A stretch of 64,000 nucleotides of DNA. Origin: an uncultured virus (IMG/VR IMGVR_UViG_3300045940_000149) (lineage: Duplodnaviria > Heunggongvirae > Uroviricota > Caudoviricetes). Below the pieces are notes generated by a model. The model had not been told where the DNA came from and did no database searches. It was given only the letters and a program-made list of their open reading frames with translations. Every line of letters starts with the position of its first letter. The stretch's first letter is position 1. The stretch is from IMG/VR virus record IMGVR_UViG_3300045940_000149; one strand, 5' to 3'. Positions 42,162 to 52,935 of this stretch are shown here, piece after piece. The translations under genes were made by a program, and so were the position numbers.

Positions 42162-43239
42162 AGACGATATCGCCGAGCACGGCCATGTGCCCGGGGCTCG
42201 GCATCACGTCATCGGCCGATGTTGGGAATGAGAACGACACCACGTTGGGCGATTCCATGATCGCGCAGTATTTCCATGCCGCGTAGATCGTCTGGCCGGG
42301 CTTGGCCTTGTCGAACAGCATCTGCTCGATCGAGTTCTTGATCTCGGCCTTCACCGCGTCGGTGCTCGGATTAAGGTTGTTGATCAGAATGTCGATGCGC
42401 TGTTTGAGCGGTGCCACGACGAAGAAGTCCTTCACGGCCACCGGACGCTGCGTGTCGATGTACTCTGCGACCGTCTCGCAATCGCTCTCGAACGGGAAGC
42501 CGTCGTTGTCGGCGCGCAGCTCGTCCATCATGAAGCGCACGGTGACGGTGCCGATTCCCATCTCCAGCGGCTCGCACCACGCGCGGGTGACGCCCGGCAC
42601 CGCCTTCGCCCATCGCACGTAGTCGTGCGCGGCACCGCCCTGCGGCGGCTGGCGGATGCGCTCCAGAACCCGGATGCGCAGGTCGTCGTCGCTCTCTTCA
42701 TCGACGCCGCCGTCCACATCGATCGCCACCGCGGTGCCGTCCACCCCGGCGACGGTGGTGGAGATCGCCAGCGAATCGCCGGGGACGAGGTTGCCGATGA
42801 CCCCGGGATCGAGCGCGCGGATCTCGCCCGGGGTCGGCACCTGACCCGACGCCACCACAAACTCTTGGATGGTCTCGTACTCGACGTTGCCGTGGATCAG
42901 CCGCGTCCCGGCCGGAACGATGATGCCGCCGTCGATGCTGGTGAAGGTGGCGGTCCCTTGCGCCAAGGTGGCGACCTTGCGGCCGGTACTGCCATCGGAA
43001 TTGACCAGCCAGATATCGCCGTGCCGATCGAGCCATTCGGTCTCGGCGGTGTCAGGCAAGAGCTGCAGCGACAGCCAGTCGATGTACTGCAAAACCAAGT
43101 GGCAGAGCGCGCCCTGATTGTCGGACATGACGCGCAGCACCGAGTTCGGGATCGCTGCGTCAGCGCCCGGCAACGATCCGCGGATCTGGTCACGAACCAG
43201 CTCACGAACTTGGGTAAGAGTTGGGGTTGCCCATGGCAT
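42151..43239 (-). CDS. Baseplate J-like (Mu gp47)
   Basis: LLPDTAE..GGVDEESDDDLR..PPQGGAAHDYVRWA. Confidence 0.9.
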   Translation of the reverse strand: MPWATPTLTQVRELVRDQIRGSLPGADAAIPNSVLRVMSDNQGALCHLVLQYIDWLSLQLLPDTAETEWLDRHGDIWLVNSDGSTGRKVATLAQGTATFTSIDGGIIVPAGTRLIHGNVEYETIQEFVVASGQVPTPGEIRALDPGVIGNLVPGDSLAISTTVAGVDGTAVAIDVDGGVDEESDDDLRIRVLERIRQPPQGGAAHDYVRWAKAVPGVTRAWCEPLEMGIGTVTVRFMMDELRADNDGFPFESDCETVAEYIDTQRPVAVKDFFVVAPLKQRIDILINNLNPSTDAVKAEIKNSIEQMLFDKAKPGQTIYAAWKYCAIMESPNVVSFSFPTSADDVMPSPGHMAVLGDIVYGT

Positions 43240-43245
43240 GGCCGA

Positions 43246-43749
43246 TCATTCCATTATGTCTTCCCACAGGATCTGATAGCGCAGCTCGATCTCGATATCC
43301 GGACCGCGGTACATCCGGATCAGTGCGTCGATGCGTTCCTGATTGACGCGCGTGACGCGCACTTCCAACTGCGAGGCGACGCGGCGATCGATGAACGGCT
43401 GCAGCGCTTCGCGGATGTAGTGCTCGACCCGGGTGATGGTCGCGCCTTGGTAGGCTTCCGCCCCGGTGATCTTCTCGCGCATGAGCAGCCACAGCCGCGA
43501 GCCGATCGGCCAGCCGTCCCATATCTGCTCGGCGTCGAGGTCGCCCCACCAGCCGCGCCGATCGACCGAGTCCGGATCTGGCAGGCGTTCGCCGGGCTCG
43601 GCCAGCCGGTCGGTGCCGAGCGCCACGATCACCGCGGTGGCCAGCGCCTCGGTCTCGTCGAGTGAGCCGTCGCCGAGCAGCAGCCAATCGACGCTGACCG
43701 CGGTGACGGTCGGGAAGGTTCCCGACTGAACGAACCGAATGTCAGGCAT
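43246..43749 (-). CDS. Mu gp46-like baseplate protein
   Basis: LGTDRLA..RRGWWGD..IGSRLWLL. Confidence 0.88.
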   Translation of the reverse strand: MPDIRFVQSGTFPTVTAVSVDWLLLGDGSLDETEALATAVIVALGTDRLAEPGERLPDPDSVDRRGWWGDLDAEQIWDGWPIGSRLWLLMREKITGAEAYQGATITRVEHYIREALQPFIDRRVASQLEVRVTRVNQERIDALIRMYRGPDIEIELRYQILWEDIME

Positions 43750-44590
43750 GGTCCATCGGGTCTTGCTTCACTTGGATCGGGATCGTGCTCCAGATGCCGG
43801 TCTCGTCGATCCACACCCGGAATTGCTTGAAGCGAATGTGGATGTGCCTGTCGGTGACCTGATAGGAGTGGGTCTCGTCCTTCCAGTAGCCTTGGATCTT
43901 GTTGTCCTCGGTCTTCTGGTGCCCCTCGCCGCGCTTGGCCAGAATGTTGTTGTCGCCGTCGAGTTCGAGGTAGGTCTTCGATTCTTCCTTGTACTGCGCC
44001 TGCTGGCCTTCGAGCTTTTCCTGCTGGAAGTCCTCGCTCTCGCTCTGGCCACCGCTGCTGCTGCCGCCACCACCGCTGCCGCCGCCACCGCCACCATTGG
44101 CAAGCGCGCTCACGGTTGGCTGGCTTTGTGGGCCGCCCTGTTCCTGTTTCTCTTTTTTCTTGACCATCTGGATGCGGGTCTTGCGGTCGTTGCGGTTCGA
44201 CCAGAAGCCGCCGTCCTCGTTCAGGTGAATCTGGTTCTGATCGTCCTTGCCGCGGAAGAGCGCCACGTCGCCTTCCTTGAGATCGCGCAGGCGATGCCGC
44301 CGATCGTCCATCACGGTGATCACCGGGAACGACCGACTGCTGCCCATAAACGAGACGAAGCCTTCGGCGCTGCCGGTGATCCGGCCCTGCTTGTCCTTGG
44401 TGGCCTTGGCGACCACCGACGTGAAGCCGTAGTTCTGCGGCGACTCGATCTTCGATCGCTGCTCGCCGCGCATGAATGTGCTTTTCGACTCCTGCATGAA
44501 ATGGCCATCGTCGGCGGTGTCGATCAGGCACCGCGCGCCGCCGCCGTTGTAGGCGTAGAAACCGCTGGTCAATGGGGTCTGTCGAAACAT
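43742..44590 (-). CDS. Mu gp45-like baseplate spike
   Basis: PQNYGFTS..DDRRHRLRDLKEGDVAL. Confidence 0.75.
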   Translation of the reverse strand: MFRQTPLTSGFYAYNGGGARCLIDTADDGHFMQESKSTFMRGEQRSKIESPQNYGFTSVVAKATKDKQGRITGSAEGFVSFMGSSRSFPVITVMDDRRHRLRDLKEGDVALFRGKDDQNQIHLNEDGGFWSNRNDRKTRIQMVKKKEKQEQGGPQSQPTVSALANGGGGGGSGGGGSSSGGQSESEDFQQEKLEGQQAQYKEESKTYLELDGDNNILAKRGEGHQKTEDNKIQGYWKDETHSYQVTDRHIHIRFKQFRVWIDETGIWSTIPIQVKQDPMDHA

Positions 44591-44606
44591 GCTGCCTCCG
44601 TTGGGT

Positions 44607-45998
44607 TTATGGAGCGCCGCCCATACCGCCGATGCCGGGCGTGCCCGGTATGCTCTCGCCGGGCAGCGGCTGGTTTGGATCGGGCTGGTTCGGTGCCGGG
44701 ACCGGCTCGATCGGCGTCGGCGGCGCTGGATCGTTGGTGGTGCCGGTCGAAGTGCCGGGCTTTCGCACTCCGGTCTTGCCGGGGTCGGCGGCAATCTGAT
44801 TGTTCAGAAGGCCCGGCTGCACCAGCTCCAGCGTGGTGGTCGTACCGGCGTTGGTGTCCTGCGAGAACGTGACGGTCTTGATGCCCATGAGCTGGTCGAT
44901 CATCGCCATCGGCGACCAGACGTAGACGTAGTCACCGGCCTTCCACAGTCCGGTGGCGCGATTGCGCAGCCATCCGGCGACGGTCACGTTGGCTTCGAAG
45001 ATCGCGTAGTCGCGAAGATCCCGCTCTTGGTTGACGCGCTTCTGGAGCTGGCCATCGTTCGCTACCGGCATCTCGGCCGGAATGAGCAGGGGCGAATAGC
45101 ATGGCAGCACGCCATCGGCGCGGGCTCCCATCTCGGACGCCTTCCTGCCGTTCTTCTCGTCGTTACCGTTGCTCCCGCCTTCGGCGTAGTACGGATTGAA
45201 CATATCGTTGATCTTGATGGTGCACTGGCAGCGCAGAATGTTCTCGCCCTCGATCAACCCAATGTCGCTCTTCTGGATATGCGGCCAGAACGCCACGTAG
45301 TTTTTACCGGCGGGGTCGTTTGGATCGACACCTAGGATCACATCGCGGAAGCGAGCGAGCCGTTCAATGAAGTCAGCGGTCACTTCGCCCCGGCCCGCTT
45401 GCGCTTCCTCGTATGGCTCCATATCCGGCTGGCCTCTCGGAATGAACTTGCTGCCGAACGGGGCGAATACTTCGTTCGCGATCGTCATGAAATCCTTGTT
45501 GTCGAAATTGCCATCCTTGTGAATGATCGAAGCACGCGAGCCACACCACTGGTGACCTACTCCGATCAGCAGCACCTGATGATTGTCGGCGTCGTAGGCC
45601 GTCTGCCGGACAAGGATGCGGCCTGCCAACGCCAAGTAGCCGCCGAGCCAAATCTTGCAGGTGTCGCCCGGCTTGAATTGCAGTTGCGGCCACGCTGGTG
45701 GCACCGGCGAATATTCAGCGCACGTGAACCGGAAAAGCGGCCACCATTCCATCATGCGGTGCTGCACCCACACCGAAGTCCAATTTTCATACCTGACATT
45801 GTTGACTTCGAGCACCGCCACTTCATCGCGGCTCGGCCAATCCTGCTGGCCGCCAATGCCTTCTGCTCTGCCGCTGCTGTTGGGTATGGACGACGACGTT
45901 TGCTGCCGCGGGTTGCCGGGCGTGCCTTCGTCCTGCAGACGCGACGGATCGTCGCCGGTGACGACGACCTCGTCGAGATCGAGCCTGAAATCGGACAT
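44607..45998 (-). CDS. Mu gpP/gp44-like baseplate hub
   Basis: YENWTSV..KPGDTC..TVAGW..LWKAG..GTTTTLEL. Confidence 0.75.
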   Translation of the reverse strand: MSDFRLDLDEVVVTGDDPSRLQDEGTPGNPRQQTSSSIPNSSGRAEGIGGQQDWPSRDEVAVLEVNNVRYENWTSVWVQHRMMEWWPLFRFTCAEYSPVPPAWPQLQFKPGDTCKIWLGGYLALAGRILVRQTAYDADNHQVLLIGVGHQWCGSRASIIHKDGNFDNKDFMTIANEVFAPFGSKFIPRGQPDMEPYEEAQAGRGEVTADFIERLARFRDVILGVDPNDPAGKNYVAFWPHIQKSDIGLIEGENILRCQCTIKINDMFNPYYAEGGSNGNDEKNGRKASEMGARADGVLPCYSPLLIPAEMPVANDGQLQKRVNQERDLRDYAIFEANVTVAGWLRNRATGLWKAGDYVYVWSPMAMIDQLMGIKTVTFSQDTNAGTTTTLELVQPGLLNNQIAADPGKTGVRKPGTSTGTTNDPAPPTPIEPVPAPNQPDPNQPLPGESIPGTPGIGGMGGAP

Positions 45999-48900
45999 TA
46001 CAGCGACAAGCCTCTTCCGTAGTTGCGCATGAATGCGGGGTGGACGACCTTGTTCTCACGCCGCAGCTCGTCGGCGCGGGCGGCGTCGTAGTACAGCCGC
46101 TGAGCGACGATGCGGGTGGACATCGGCTTGCCGAACCGCCACGCCACCACTCGCGGCAAGGGCCGCGCGGTCTCGATCAGGTGGAAGGTGAGTGCCGCGT
46201 GCAGCTTGACCAGCGCCATGTAGCTCGCTTCGTCCATCTGGTCGGCGGCGATGATCTCGGCCTCGTTGAAGGCGGCGTTCATATCGTCCTTCAGCTTGAC
46301 CGCGTCCTCGCGGCTGAAGAACCGCATGTCGGCGATCACCCGGCACTCGGCCGCCATGATCATCCACGTCAGATGGTGCTTCACGGTGACTGCACCGACG
46401 CTGACCGCCGTGTCGGCCACCACCGTCTTGCGCACGTGCGCGAGCTTCTTTTGCGTGATGCCAGCGGTGACCGCCAGATCGAAGCATTCGGCCAGCGGCT
46501 CGCCGATCAGGTTCTTCTGGATCAGCAGCGCGGCGTGGGTGATCACGTCGCCGCATTGCGTCCGAAGGTCCGATCCCGGCCGCCCGCGGGTGGGCGAAAC
46601 CCACAGCAGCTCGCGCAAGGCCCGCTGCACGATGCGGGCTGCTTCCTGTGCTTGGCTCTTGACCATGTGCGTCCACTCGATCGGTTCGAGGATATCGATG
46701 TGACCGACGATGAAGATGCCGTCCGGCGCTTCGCTGGCCTGCAGGATGCCGGGCAGCGGCGGGGATTCGGAGAACGCGGCAACGTCCCGAGCTTCGGTCG
46801 CAGCCAGCGTGCCGGTGAGGACATCGAGCGCCAACCCGCTGAAGGCCGCCTGATCGGGCGCGTCGGTTGCCGCCAGCACACCGGTCGAGATCGGGACGAG
46901 ATTGCCGACGAAGGCAGCGGTATCGATCGCCTCGCTTGCGGCCAGCGTACCGGTAGCGACGATCGTGCCGGAAAACGCGGCAACGTCGGGGGCGTCGGTG
47001 GCCGCCAATGTGCCGGTGGCGACCGCCTTTCCAGAGAACGCCGCCACGTCCGGCGCGTCGGTGGCAGCGAGAGCACCAGTCGCAACCGCCGTGCTGGTGA
47101 ACGCCACGACATCGGGAGCATCGGTGGCCGCCAGCACACCGGTCGCAACGATCGTGCCCGAGAAGGCTGCGCTGTCCACAGCCTCGGTGGCGGCGAGGGT
47201 GCCGGTGGCGACGATCGTTCCAGAGAATGCGGCAGTGTCCGGTGCCTCTGTGACCTGCAGGTGGCCCGGCCAGTAGACGCTGCCGGTGCCCGCCGCGGTG
47301 TCCGCCGCCTCGACTACATTCAGTATGCCGCCGGGCGAGACAACGTCGGCGGTCATGAAGAGCGTATCGGCCGCCTCGCTGGCGGCGAGCGTCAGACCCC
47401 AATAGACAGAACCAGCAAGCGCGGCGGTATCGAGCGCGGTCTCGGTGGCCGCGAGGGTCGCCGTCCAGTGGACGGTGCCAGCCAGAGCCGCAACATCCAG
47501 CGCCTCGGTCGCCGCCAGCGTGGCGTTCCATGCAACGGAACCGGCCAGAGCTGCAACATCCGGCGTATCGGATGCAACCAGCGTCGCCAGCCACTCGATC
47601 TGCCCGGCAAGCGCCGCACCGTCTGCCTGTTCGACCGCAGCGAGGGTGCCGCTGCTCTCAAGCGCCACGCCCTCGCCGATGAAGGACGCCTGATCGATGG
47701 CTTCGGTTGCGGCCAGTGTGCCGGTGGCAACCGCTGTTCCGGAGAAGGCGGCAACGTCGTACTGTTCCGTAGCGGCGAGCGTTCCTTGTGCGACGCTCTG
47801 GCCGGTAAAGGCCGCGGTATCCAGCACCTGCTCAGTAGCGGCCAGTATTCCTTGCGCAACGCTCTGACCGACAAAGGCGGCGGTATCGAGCGCGGTCTCG
47901 GTGGCCGCCAGTGTTGCAATCCACTCGACCTTTCCGGCCAGAGCCGCAACATCCAGCGCTTCAGTCGCCGCCAGTACCGCCCGCCATTCAGCGTTCCCGG
48001 CGAATGCGGCAGTGTCAGGTGCCTCGGTGACGGCCAGCGAGCATGAGAAATACACGCTTGCGGACAGCGCCGCGGTATCGAGCACGTCGCTCGCCGCCAG
48101 CGTACCAGTGGCCACAATGCCGCCTGAGAAGGCCGCGGTGTCCAGCGCCTGCTCAGTTGCCGCCAGTGTTGCGGCCCAATAAACCGATCCGGCAAGAGCT
48201 GCGGTGTCCGCCTGCTCGGTCGCGGCCAGTGTGCCATTGTTGACTGCTGTTCCGGAGAAGGCGGCAACGTCCGGAGCATCGGTGGCCGCCAGCGTTCCTT
48301 GTGCAACGCTCTGGCCAGAGAATGCGACCACGTCCGGCGCTTCGCTGGCCGCCAGCACTGCATTCCATGCAGCCGATCCATTGAGAGCGGCAACATCGGG
48401 AGCGTCAGTCGCCGCCAGCGTGCCATCGATGATACCCGCCGTAACGTCGCCTGCGAACGAAGCAGTGTCCGGCGCATCGGTCGCTGCCAGCGCCGCGAGA
48501 ATCCCGCCGCCGCTCTCGCTGGCAATTGCTGCGACCGCGATAGCCGTGGTTGCAATGCCGAGATCGTCGGCGGTCTCGGCGAGAACAATGGGGCTGGTGA
48601 CATCGCCATCGAACTCGGCAGTGTCGGGATCATCGGTTGCGCCGAGAACGGCATTGAAGATGCTTTCGCCAGCGAACGAAGCAGTGTCCGGATCGTCGGT
48701 CGCGGCAAGGTCGCCCTCGACCGCTGGCGTCGTGACCTCACCGTCGAAGGACGCAACATCTTGGTCATCGGTTGCATCTAGGTCGCCACTGATGATCTCT
48801 TGGAAAGCGACGTAGGCGTTGGCAATGTCGCACGCGACCCAAGTCGGGTTCGACGCCCCGCTGGTGCCGGTGACGATCCGGCTTTCCGCCCGGGCACACA

Positions 48901-49498
48901 TCTCGGCGATCGTGCCGGATGTTGCGCTGTTGCCATTTGCCCATGCTGTCCAGTTGGTGGTCGGCGTCAGCGATGTGTTGTTGCCGACCTCGCCCGCAAT
49001 ACCGCGGACGCGAAGGTGTTCAAGGTTCGGAGTCGTCGCGTCGAGCGATCCGGGCTGTCCAGCACTGACAACGCCGGTGTTGGTGGCAACGACCCCGATC
49101 GGGCCGCCAGTCCCGAACCGTCGCGCCGTCAGGCCGGTCGCATCGGACGTGCCGCTGCTGGTAAAGCTCGCGGTGATCGTCCGCCCGGTCGGGAGCGCGG
49201 TTTTGAGGACCGAATACCAGATCGCGACCGCCGCGCCGCCCTGCACCGCCGGGCTCGCGCCGCCGTAGCTCCAGCCGACCGCCTTCGACCATACGTTCTC
49301 ACTACCGACCGCATTGTCGGCGACACCCGACACTTCGTCGTCGTCAGCCGGTGTAGTACCGAGTCGGTTATCAACCGCGACGACAACGACGACGAGATCG
49401 CCGACCGAGCACGCCTGCGTCGTCGTAAGCGCAAGCGAAGCCTGATTGTTGCCGGTGCTGCCGGTCGCGCCGAGCGAACCGAGATCGGTGATTGACAT
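45998..49498 (-). CDS. Large repeat protein (~31 x ~21 aa) fused to Mu gpN-like C-terminal domain
   Basis: GTLAATDAPDVAAFSG repeats; C-terminal VAQRLYYDAARADELRRENKVVHPAFM. Confidence 0.7.
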   Translation of the reverse strand: MSITDLGSLGATGSTGNNQASLALTTTQACSVGDLVVVVVAVDNRLGTTPADDDEVSGVADNAVGSENVWSKAVGWSYGGASPAVQGGAAVAIWYSVLKTALPTGRTITASFTSSGTSDATGLTARRFGTGGPIGVVATNTGVVSAGQPGSLDATTPNLEHLRVRGIAGEVGNNTSLTPTTNWTAWANGNSATSGTIAEMCARAESRIVTGTSGASNPTWVACDIANAYVAFQEIISGDLDATDDQDVASFDGEVTTPAVEGDLAATDDPDTASFAGESIFNAVLGATDDPDTAEFDGDVTSPIVLAETADDLGIATTAIAVAAIASESGGGILAALAATDAPDTASFAGDVTAGIIDGTLAATDAPDVAALNGSAAWNAVLAASEAPDVVAFSGQSVAQGTLAATDAPDVAAFSGTAVNNGTLAATEQADTAALAGSVYWAATLAATEQALDTAAFSGGIVATGTLAASDVLDTAALSASVYFSCSLAVTEAPDTAAFAGNAEWRAVLAATEALDVAALAGKVEWIATLAATETALDTAAFVGQSVAQGILAATEQVLDTAAFTGQSVAQGTLAATEQYDVAAFSGTAVATGTLAATEAIDQASFIGEGVALESSGTLAAVEQADGAALAGQIEWLATLVASDTPDVAALAGSVAWNATLAATEALDVAALAGTVHWTATLAATETALDTAALAGSVYWGLTLAASEAADTLFMTADVVSPGGILNVVEAADTAAGTGSVYWPGHLQVTEAPDTAAFSGTIVATGTLAATEAVDSAAFSGTIVATGVLAATDAPDVVAFTSTAVATGALAATDAPDVAAFSGKAVATGTLAATDAPDVAAFSGTIVATGTLAASEAIDTAAFVGNLVPISTGVLAATDAPDQAAFSGLALDVLTGTLAATEARDVAAFSESPPLPGILQASEAPDGIFIVGHIDILEPIEWTHMVKSQAQEAARIVQRALRELLWVSPTRGRPGSDLRTQCGDVITHAALLIQKNLIGEPLAECFDLAVTAGITQKKLAHVRKTVVADTAVSVGAVTVKHHLTWMIMAAECRVIADMRFFSREDAVKLKDDMNAAFNEAEIIAADQMDEASYMALVKLHAALTFHLIETARPLPRVVAWRFGKPMSTRIVAQRLYYDAARADELRRENKVVHPAFMRNYGRGLSL

Positions 49499-49509
49499 CG
49501 AGCGTTCTT

Positions 49510-49833
49510 TTAACGCTTCGTCTTCGACTTCACCGTTGTCTGCGCCGTCGCCCTCTGCGCTTCCACACCAGCCGCAACCAAACTCTCCTGCCAATTCGTA
49601 TAGACGTTAGAAATCTCAGTCATCTGCGCCGCCGACATTGGCGACCAGCCCATTGATTGGAGATGCGCGTTGACCGAATCATAGGTGCCCTGCACGTCTG
49701 CTTCGCTGTCAAGAGCGAACCGGTGGTACTGTTCGCTCAATTTGTTCTCGCCATCCATAATCGTCAGATGCAACCGGACTTGGACGGCATTGGCCGTCAA
49801 CTCGATCTGCCCGATCAGCGTCAACTTTTCCAT
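49510..49833 (-). CDS. Small protein, possible fibre chaperone
   Basis: Directly downstream of a fibre gene. Confidence 0.4.
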   Translation of the reverse strand: MEKLTLIGQIELTANAVQVRLHLTIMDGENKLSEQYHRFALDSEADVQGTYDSVNAHLQSMGWSPMSAAQMTEISNVYTNWQESLVAAGVEAQRATAQTTVKSKTKR

Positions 49834-49836
49834 CGC

Positions 49837-51834
49837 TCACACCCTGTAGGTCATGGTCCATCTGAAATCGAAGGCCCTGCCGTTCGGCAAGTTCGTAACT
49901 GAGCACGGCGTGATGGCCTTATTGTTCGCCGGATCGCTTGCATAAAATTCTGCGTATGTGTTGCTCCCCTGCAGCATCAGTTGGACGTGCGTGTAGCCGG
50001 TGATCGTCATCCCGCCGTTCAAGATCGTTCCGATCGCCGTCTGGCTCGGCGTGAACGGGAAGGTCTGCAGGCGTATGTTTCCACCCGACGTTGTGTAATT
50101 CATTGTGCCGGACACCTGACCACCGGCCATCACCATTCCGCCGACCTTGACGTACCAGCCGACGATTCCTGGGCTTGCGATGCTCCTATCGCCTTGGGTC
50201 GCAAACGTGACGGTCGGCGTCCATGTCCCTTCTTCATAGTCGTCGAGCGTGTTCGCGCCCGCGCTCGCGACCTGTGATGCCGGAAAGACAATCTGACCGT
50301 TTGACAACGTGATCGACGCGAACGTCGGAGTGCCAGTCGTCGATACATCCTGATTCGAAGTGACGTTGCCGGTGAGCGTCAACGTGCGATCAACATCGCC
50401 AGTGACAACCGTGAACGTGCGATCAGCGGTTAGATTCGAGCCCGGCTTGACGATCAGGTCATGCGAGGCATCCGTGTCGAATAGATGCAGCCCGGTATTC
50501 GGGATCGTAATGTCGGTGGTGATCACCGGCGACGTGCCGAACATCAGCGCTCCGGTGCCGGTCTCGCCGGTGACCAAAGCCGCAAGATTGGCGGACGACG
50601 GCGTCGCCACGAATGTGTCGAAACCGGCTGCGCGCGTGATGCCCGCCCACGACACCAGATCGGCATCGAGGTTGATGGTGGCGCTGGCACCAGCTCCACC
50701 GTCCGTCAGCGATATCCCGGTGCCGAACGCCAACAACCGCTCATCAGTCAGCGTCGCATCGAGCGCCAGCACAACATACTGAGCATTCGTTGGCGCTCCA
50801 CCGCCACCGGCGGTCGAGTTCAGTACGCCTCCCGCGAACGTCATGTTGCCGCCGATGGTCACGGCGCTCCACGCATCCGCTCCCGACCGGTAGTAGATCG
50901 TGTTCGTTCCCGCCAGCGCCTCCAACGCCGCGAGATCGTTGGCCAGTGCCAGCGTCGGGTTGCCGCTGACGCCATCCGCATTGGAGACCGTGATGCCTGC
51001 CGCCGGTCCAGCGATCGAGCGCGCGGCAGCGGTACCGGCTCCCGTCCTCGCCATCAGGCCGTTCGATGACAATCCGGCGACCGCCGTCAGCTCTGCATCG
51101 AGCGGCTGGTAGTTTGCCAAGTCAGTGTCCAACGCATAGGGCGTCAGATCACTCGACACCAAATAGCCTTGCGCCTTGACGAAGGCGGTGGTCGCGATGC
51201 TCGTGTCGTTGTCCGCCGTCGTCGGCGTGGGCGCTTTCGGATCGCCAGTGAATATCGGGCTGGCGAGATCGGCCTTCCCCGTAATGTCGCTGGAGACGAG
51301 ATACCCCTGCGCCTTCACAAATGCAGTGGTCGCAACGCTCGTGTCGTTGTCGGCCGTCGCAGGCGTCGGGGCCCGCGGATCGCCGGTGAAGACCGGTGAC
51401 GCCAGATCGGCCTTGCCAGCGATATCGCTGCCGATCAGCAAGTCCAAGCCCTCGACCGACACCCTACCGGCGGCACTTCGCGCAAGCGTCGTGTCGGTCG
51501 GGTGGCCGAGTTCGATGGTGTTGGCGTGCGTCGGGTTGGAAGTGAAGACCAGCGCCATGTCCTTGTCGCCCGACGAAAAGTCCACCGGCGTGCCGGGGTT
51601 CGGCGCATAGATAATGGTGCGGGCGTAGACGTTGGCCGACACGCGGGTCGCGAGACCAGTTTCCCACTCGTTCGCAGTCCGATGGACGATCACGTACGGG
51701 AACGTGTCGCCATCAGCCGTGGCCACAGCACTGAACGTGCGATGACGTATCGGCGCGGTGCCGCTGACCGTGACGGCACCGACGCCGTTCGTCGTGGTGG
51801 TGTCGCGGACGCGATCCGCGAGGATGTGAGCCAT
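49837..51834 (-). CDS. Tail fibre-like protein
   Basis: Two KADLASP.FTGDP.APTP..DNDTS.ATTAFV repeats; LDDYEEGTWTP. Confidence 0.75.
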   Translation of the reverse strand: MAHILADRVRDTTTTNGVGAVTVSGTAPIRHRTFSAVATADGDTFPYVIVHRTANEWETGLATRVSANVYARTIIYAPNPGTPVDFSSGDKDMALVFTSNPTHANTIELGHPTDTTLARSAAGRVSVEGLDLLIGSDIAGKADLASPVFTGDPRAPTPATADNDTSVATTAFVKAQGYLVSSDITGKADLASPIFTGDPKAPTPTTADNDTSIATTAFVKAQGYLVSSDLTPYALDTDLANYQPLDAELTAVAGLSSNGLMARTGAGTAAARSIAGPAAGITVSNADGVSGNPTLALANDLAALEALAGTNTIYYRSGADAWSAVTIGGNMTFAGGVLNSTAGGGGAPTNAQYVVLALDATLTDERLLAFGTGISLTDGGAGASATINLDADLVSWAGITRAAGFDTFVATPSSANLAALVTGETGTGALMFGTSPVITTDITIPNTGLHLFDTDASHDLIVKPGSNLTADRTFTVVTGDVDRTLTLTGNVTSNQDVSTTGTPTFASITLSNGQIVFPASQVASAGANTLDDYEEGTWTPTVTFATQGDRSIASPGIVGWYVKVGGMVMAGGQVSGTMNYTTSGGNIRLQTFPFTPSQTAIGTILNGGMTITGYTHVQLMLQGSNTYAEFYASDPANNKAITPCSVTNLPNGRAFDFRWTMTYRV

Positions 51835-51850
51835 GGCTCAGGGGCCTCGA

Positions 51851-52228
51851 TCAGGCGTGAGTGATCGTTCCCGACGTGATGGTAATGGTTTGGCCCGCCG
51901 TGATCGTTGTGCTGTTCAGGATGATATCGCTCGCGGCAGTGCCGACCGTGAGCCCGTCAACCACCACGCTGGTCCCATCGCCCTTGAGGATCTTGGCAAG
52001 ATTGGCGGTGCCGCTGGCGTCGGCCGATGTGTCGGATCGTGGTGTGCCCGCCATGGTGAGCACCGAGCCAGAACGGGTGAACGACGGATCGGACAAGGTG
52101 ATGACCGCCAGCACGGTGCTGGGGCTCTGCAGGATCTGCAGGATGGCGGGGCTCGCGTGCGAGTCGATCTCGTCGAGCACCGCCTGCATGCGGTTGCCTT
52201 TGAGCGTGGTTGAATAGTTGACGGCCAT
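51851..52228 (-). CDS. Small virion structural protein
   Basis: T/G-rich; GGAGG RBS; located in the fibre cluster. Confidence 0.5.
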   Translation of the reverse strand: MAVNYSTTLKGNRMQAVLDEIDSHASPAILQILQSPSTVLAVITLSDPSFTRSGSVLTMAGTPRSDTSADASGTANLAKILKGDGTSVVVDGLTVGTAASDIILNSTTITAGQTITITSGTITHA

Positions 52229-52284
52229 GGTGACCTCCCATGTTGTGTGGCCAGAGATGAAAAGATGCGAAGGAAGGACGAGCT

Positions 52285-52932
52285 TTAGGGACCGGGACCG
52301 GGGATCGTTGGCCCGATCGGAATGATCTCCGAGATCGGCACGCTCGGACCCGCAGGGGTCGGCGTCGTCTTGCGGCCCAGCAGCTCGGTGTCGTAGTTGG
52401 CGAGCGCTTGGATGGTCCGCGCCTTCAGTGCATCGGATTGCGCCTTGAGCTGCGCGTCGCTCATCGGCGGCCCGGCGAGCGGCGGCTTGCCGAACTCGAC
52501 GAACTCCATGTCGAACACGCAATAGCCGCCGAGCTTTTCTTCCTCGGTGACGCGGTAGCGCTGGCACATCACCGTCATCGGCGGCAGCAGCGGAAGCTGC
52601 AGCGGGCCATACCCGTCCTGCTCCAGCGCAGCGATCACCTTCTCGCGCTGGAGCGTGTAGTCTCGCCGGTAGAGTTCGCTTTCGGTGTCATCGACGAAGC
52701 AGATCAGATAGCCGCGCACACTCCACTCGACTGCACGCCTACCCATGTCCTCCGCATAAGGGACGTTGCGCTTGGGGAATTCATGGACGACGGTTCTTCT
52801 TCCGGACGACTTGCCGCCAGCTTCGACATGGAACATCGCGCCGCGGAAATGTGCCGGTACCAGCTTGTCGCGCCAATAGGATTTAAGACGATGCGGCCCA
52901 CGGCCCCTGCCAGCTTCAATGATGGTGGCCAT
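52285..52932 (-). CDS. DNA circularisation protein N-terminal domain (Mu gpN-like)
   Basis: AHFRGAMFHV..GRRTVVHEFPKRNVPYAEDMGR. Confidence 0.85.
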   Translation of the reverse strand: MATIIEAGRGRGPHRLKSYWRDKLVPAHFRGAMFHVEAGGKSSGRRTVVHEFPKRNVPYAEDMGRRAVEWSVRGYLICFVDDTESELYRRDYTLQREKVIAALEQDGYGPLQLPLLPPMTVMCQRYRVTEEEKLGGYCVFDMEFVEFGKPPLAGPPMSDAQLKAQSDALKARTIQALANYDTELLGRKTTPTPAGPSVPISEIIPIGPTIPGPGP

Positions 52933-52935
52933 GCA

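Noticed and set aside
37127..48046. Long plus-strand ORFs such as 37127-38824 and 46040-48046
   Set aside because: Antisense shadows of GC-rich tail genes with no recognisable motifs
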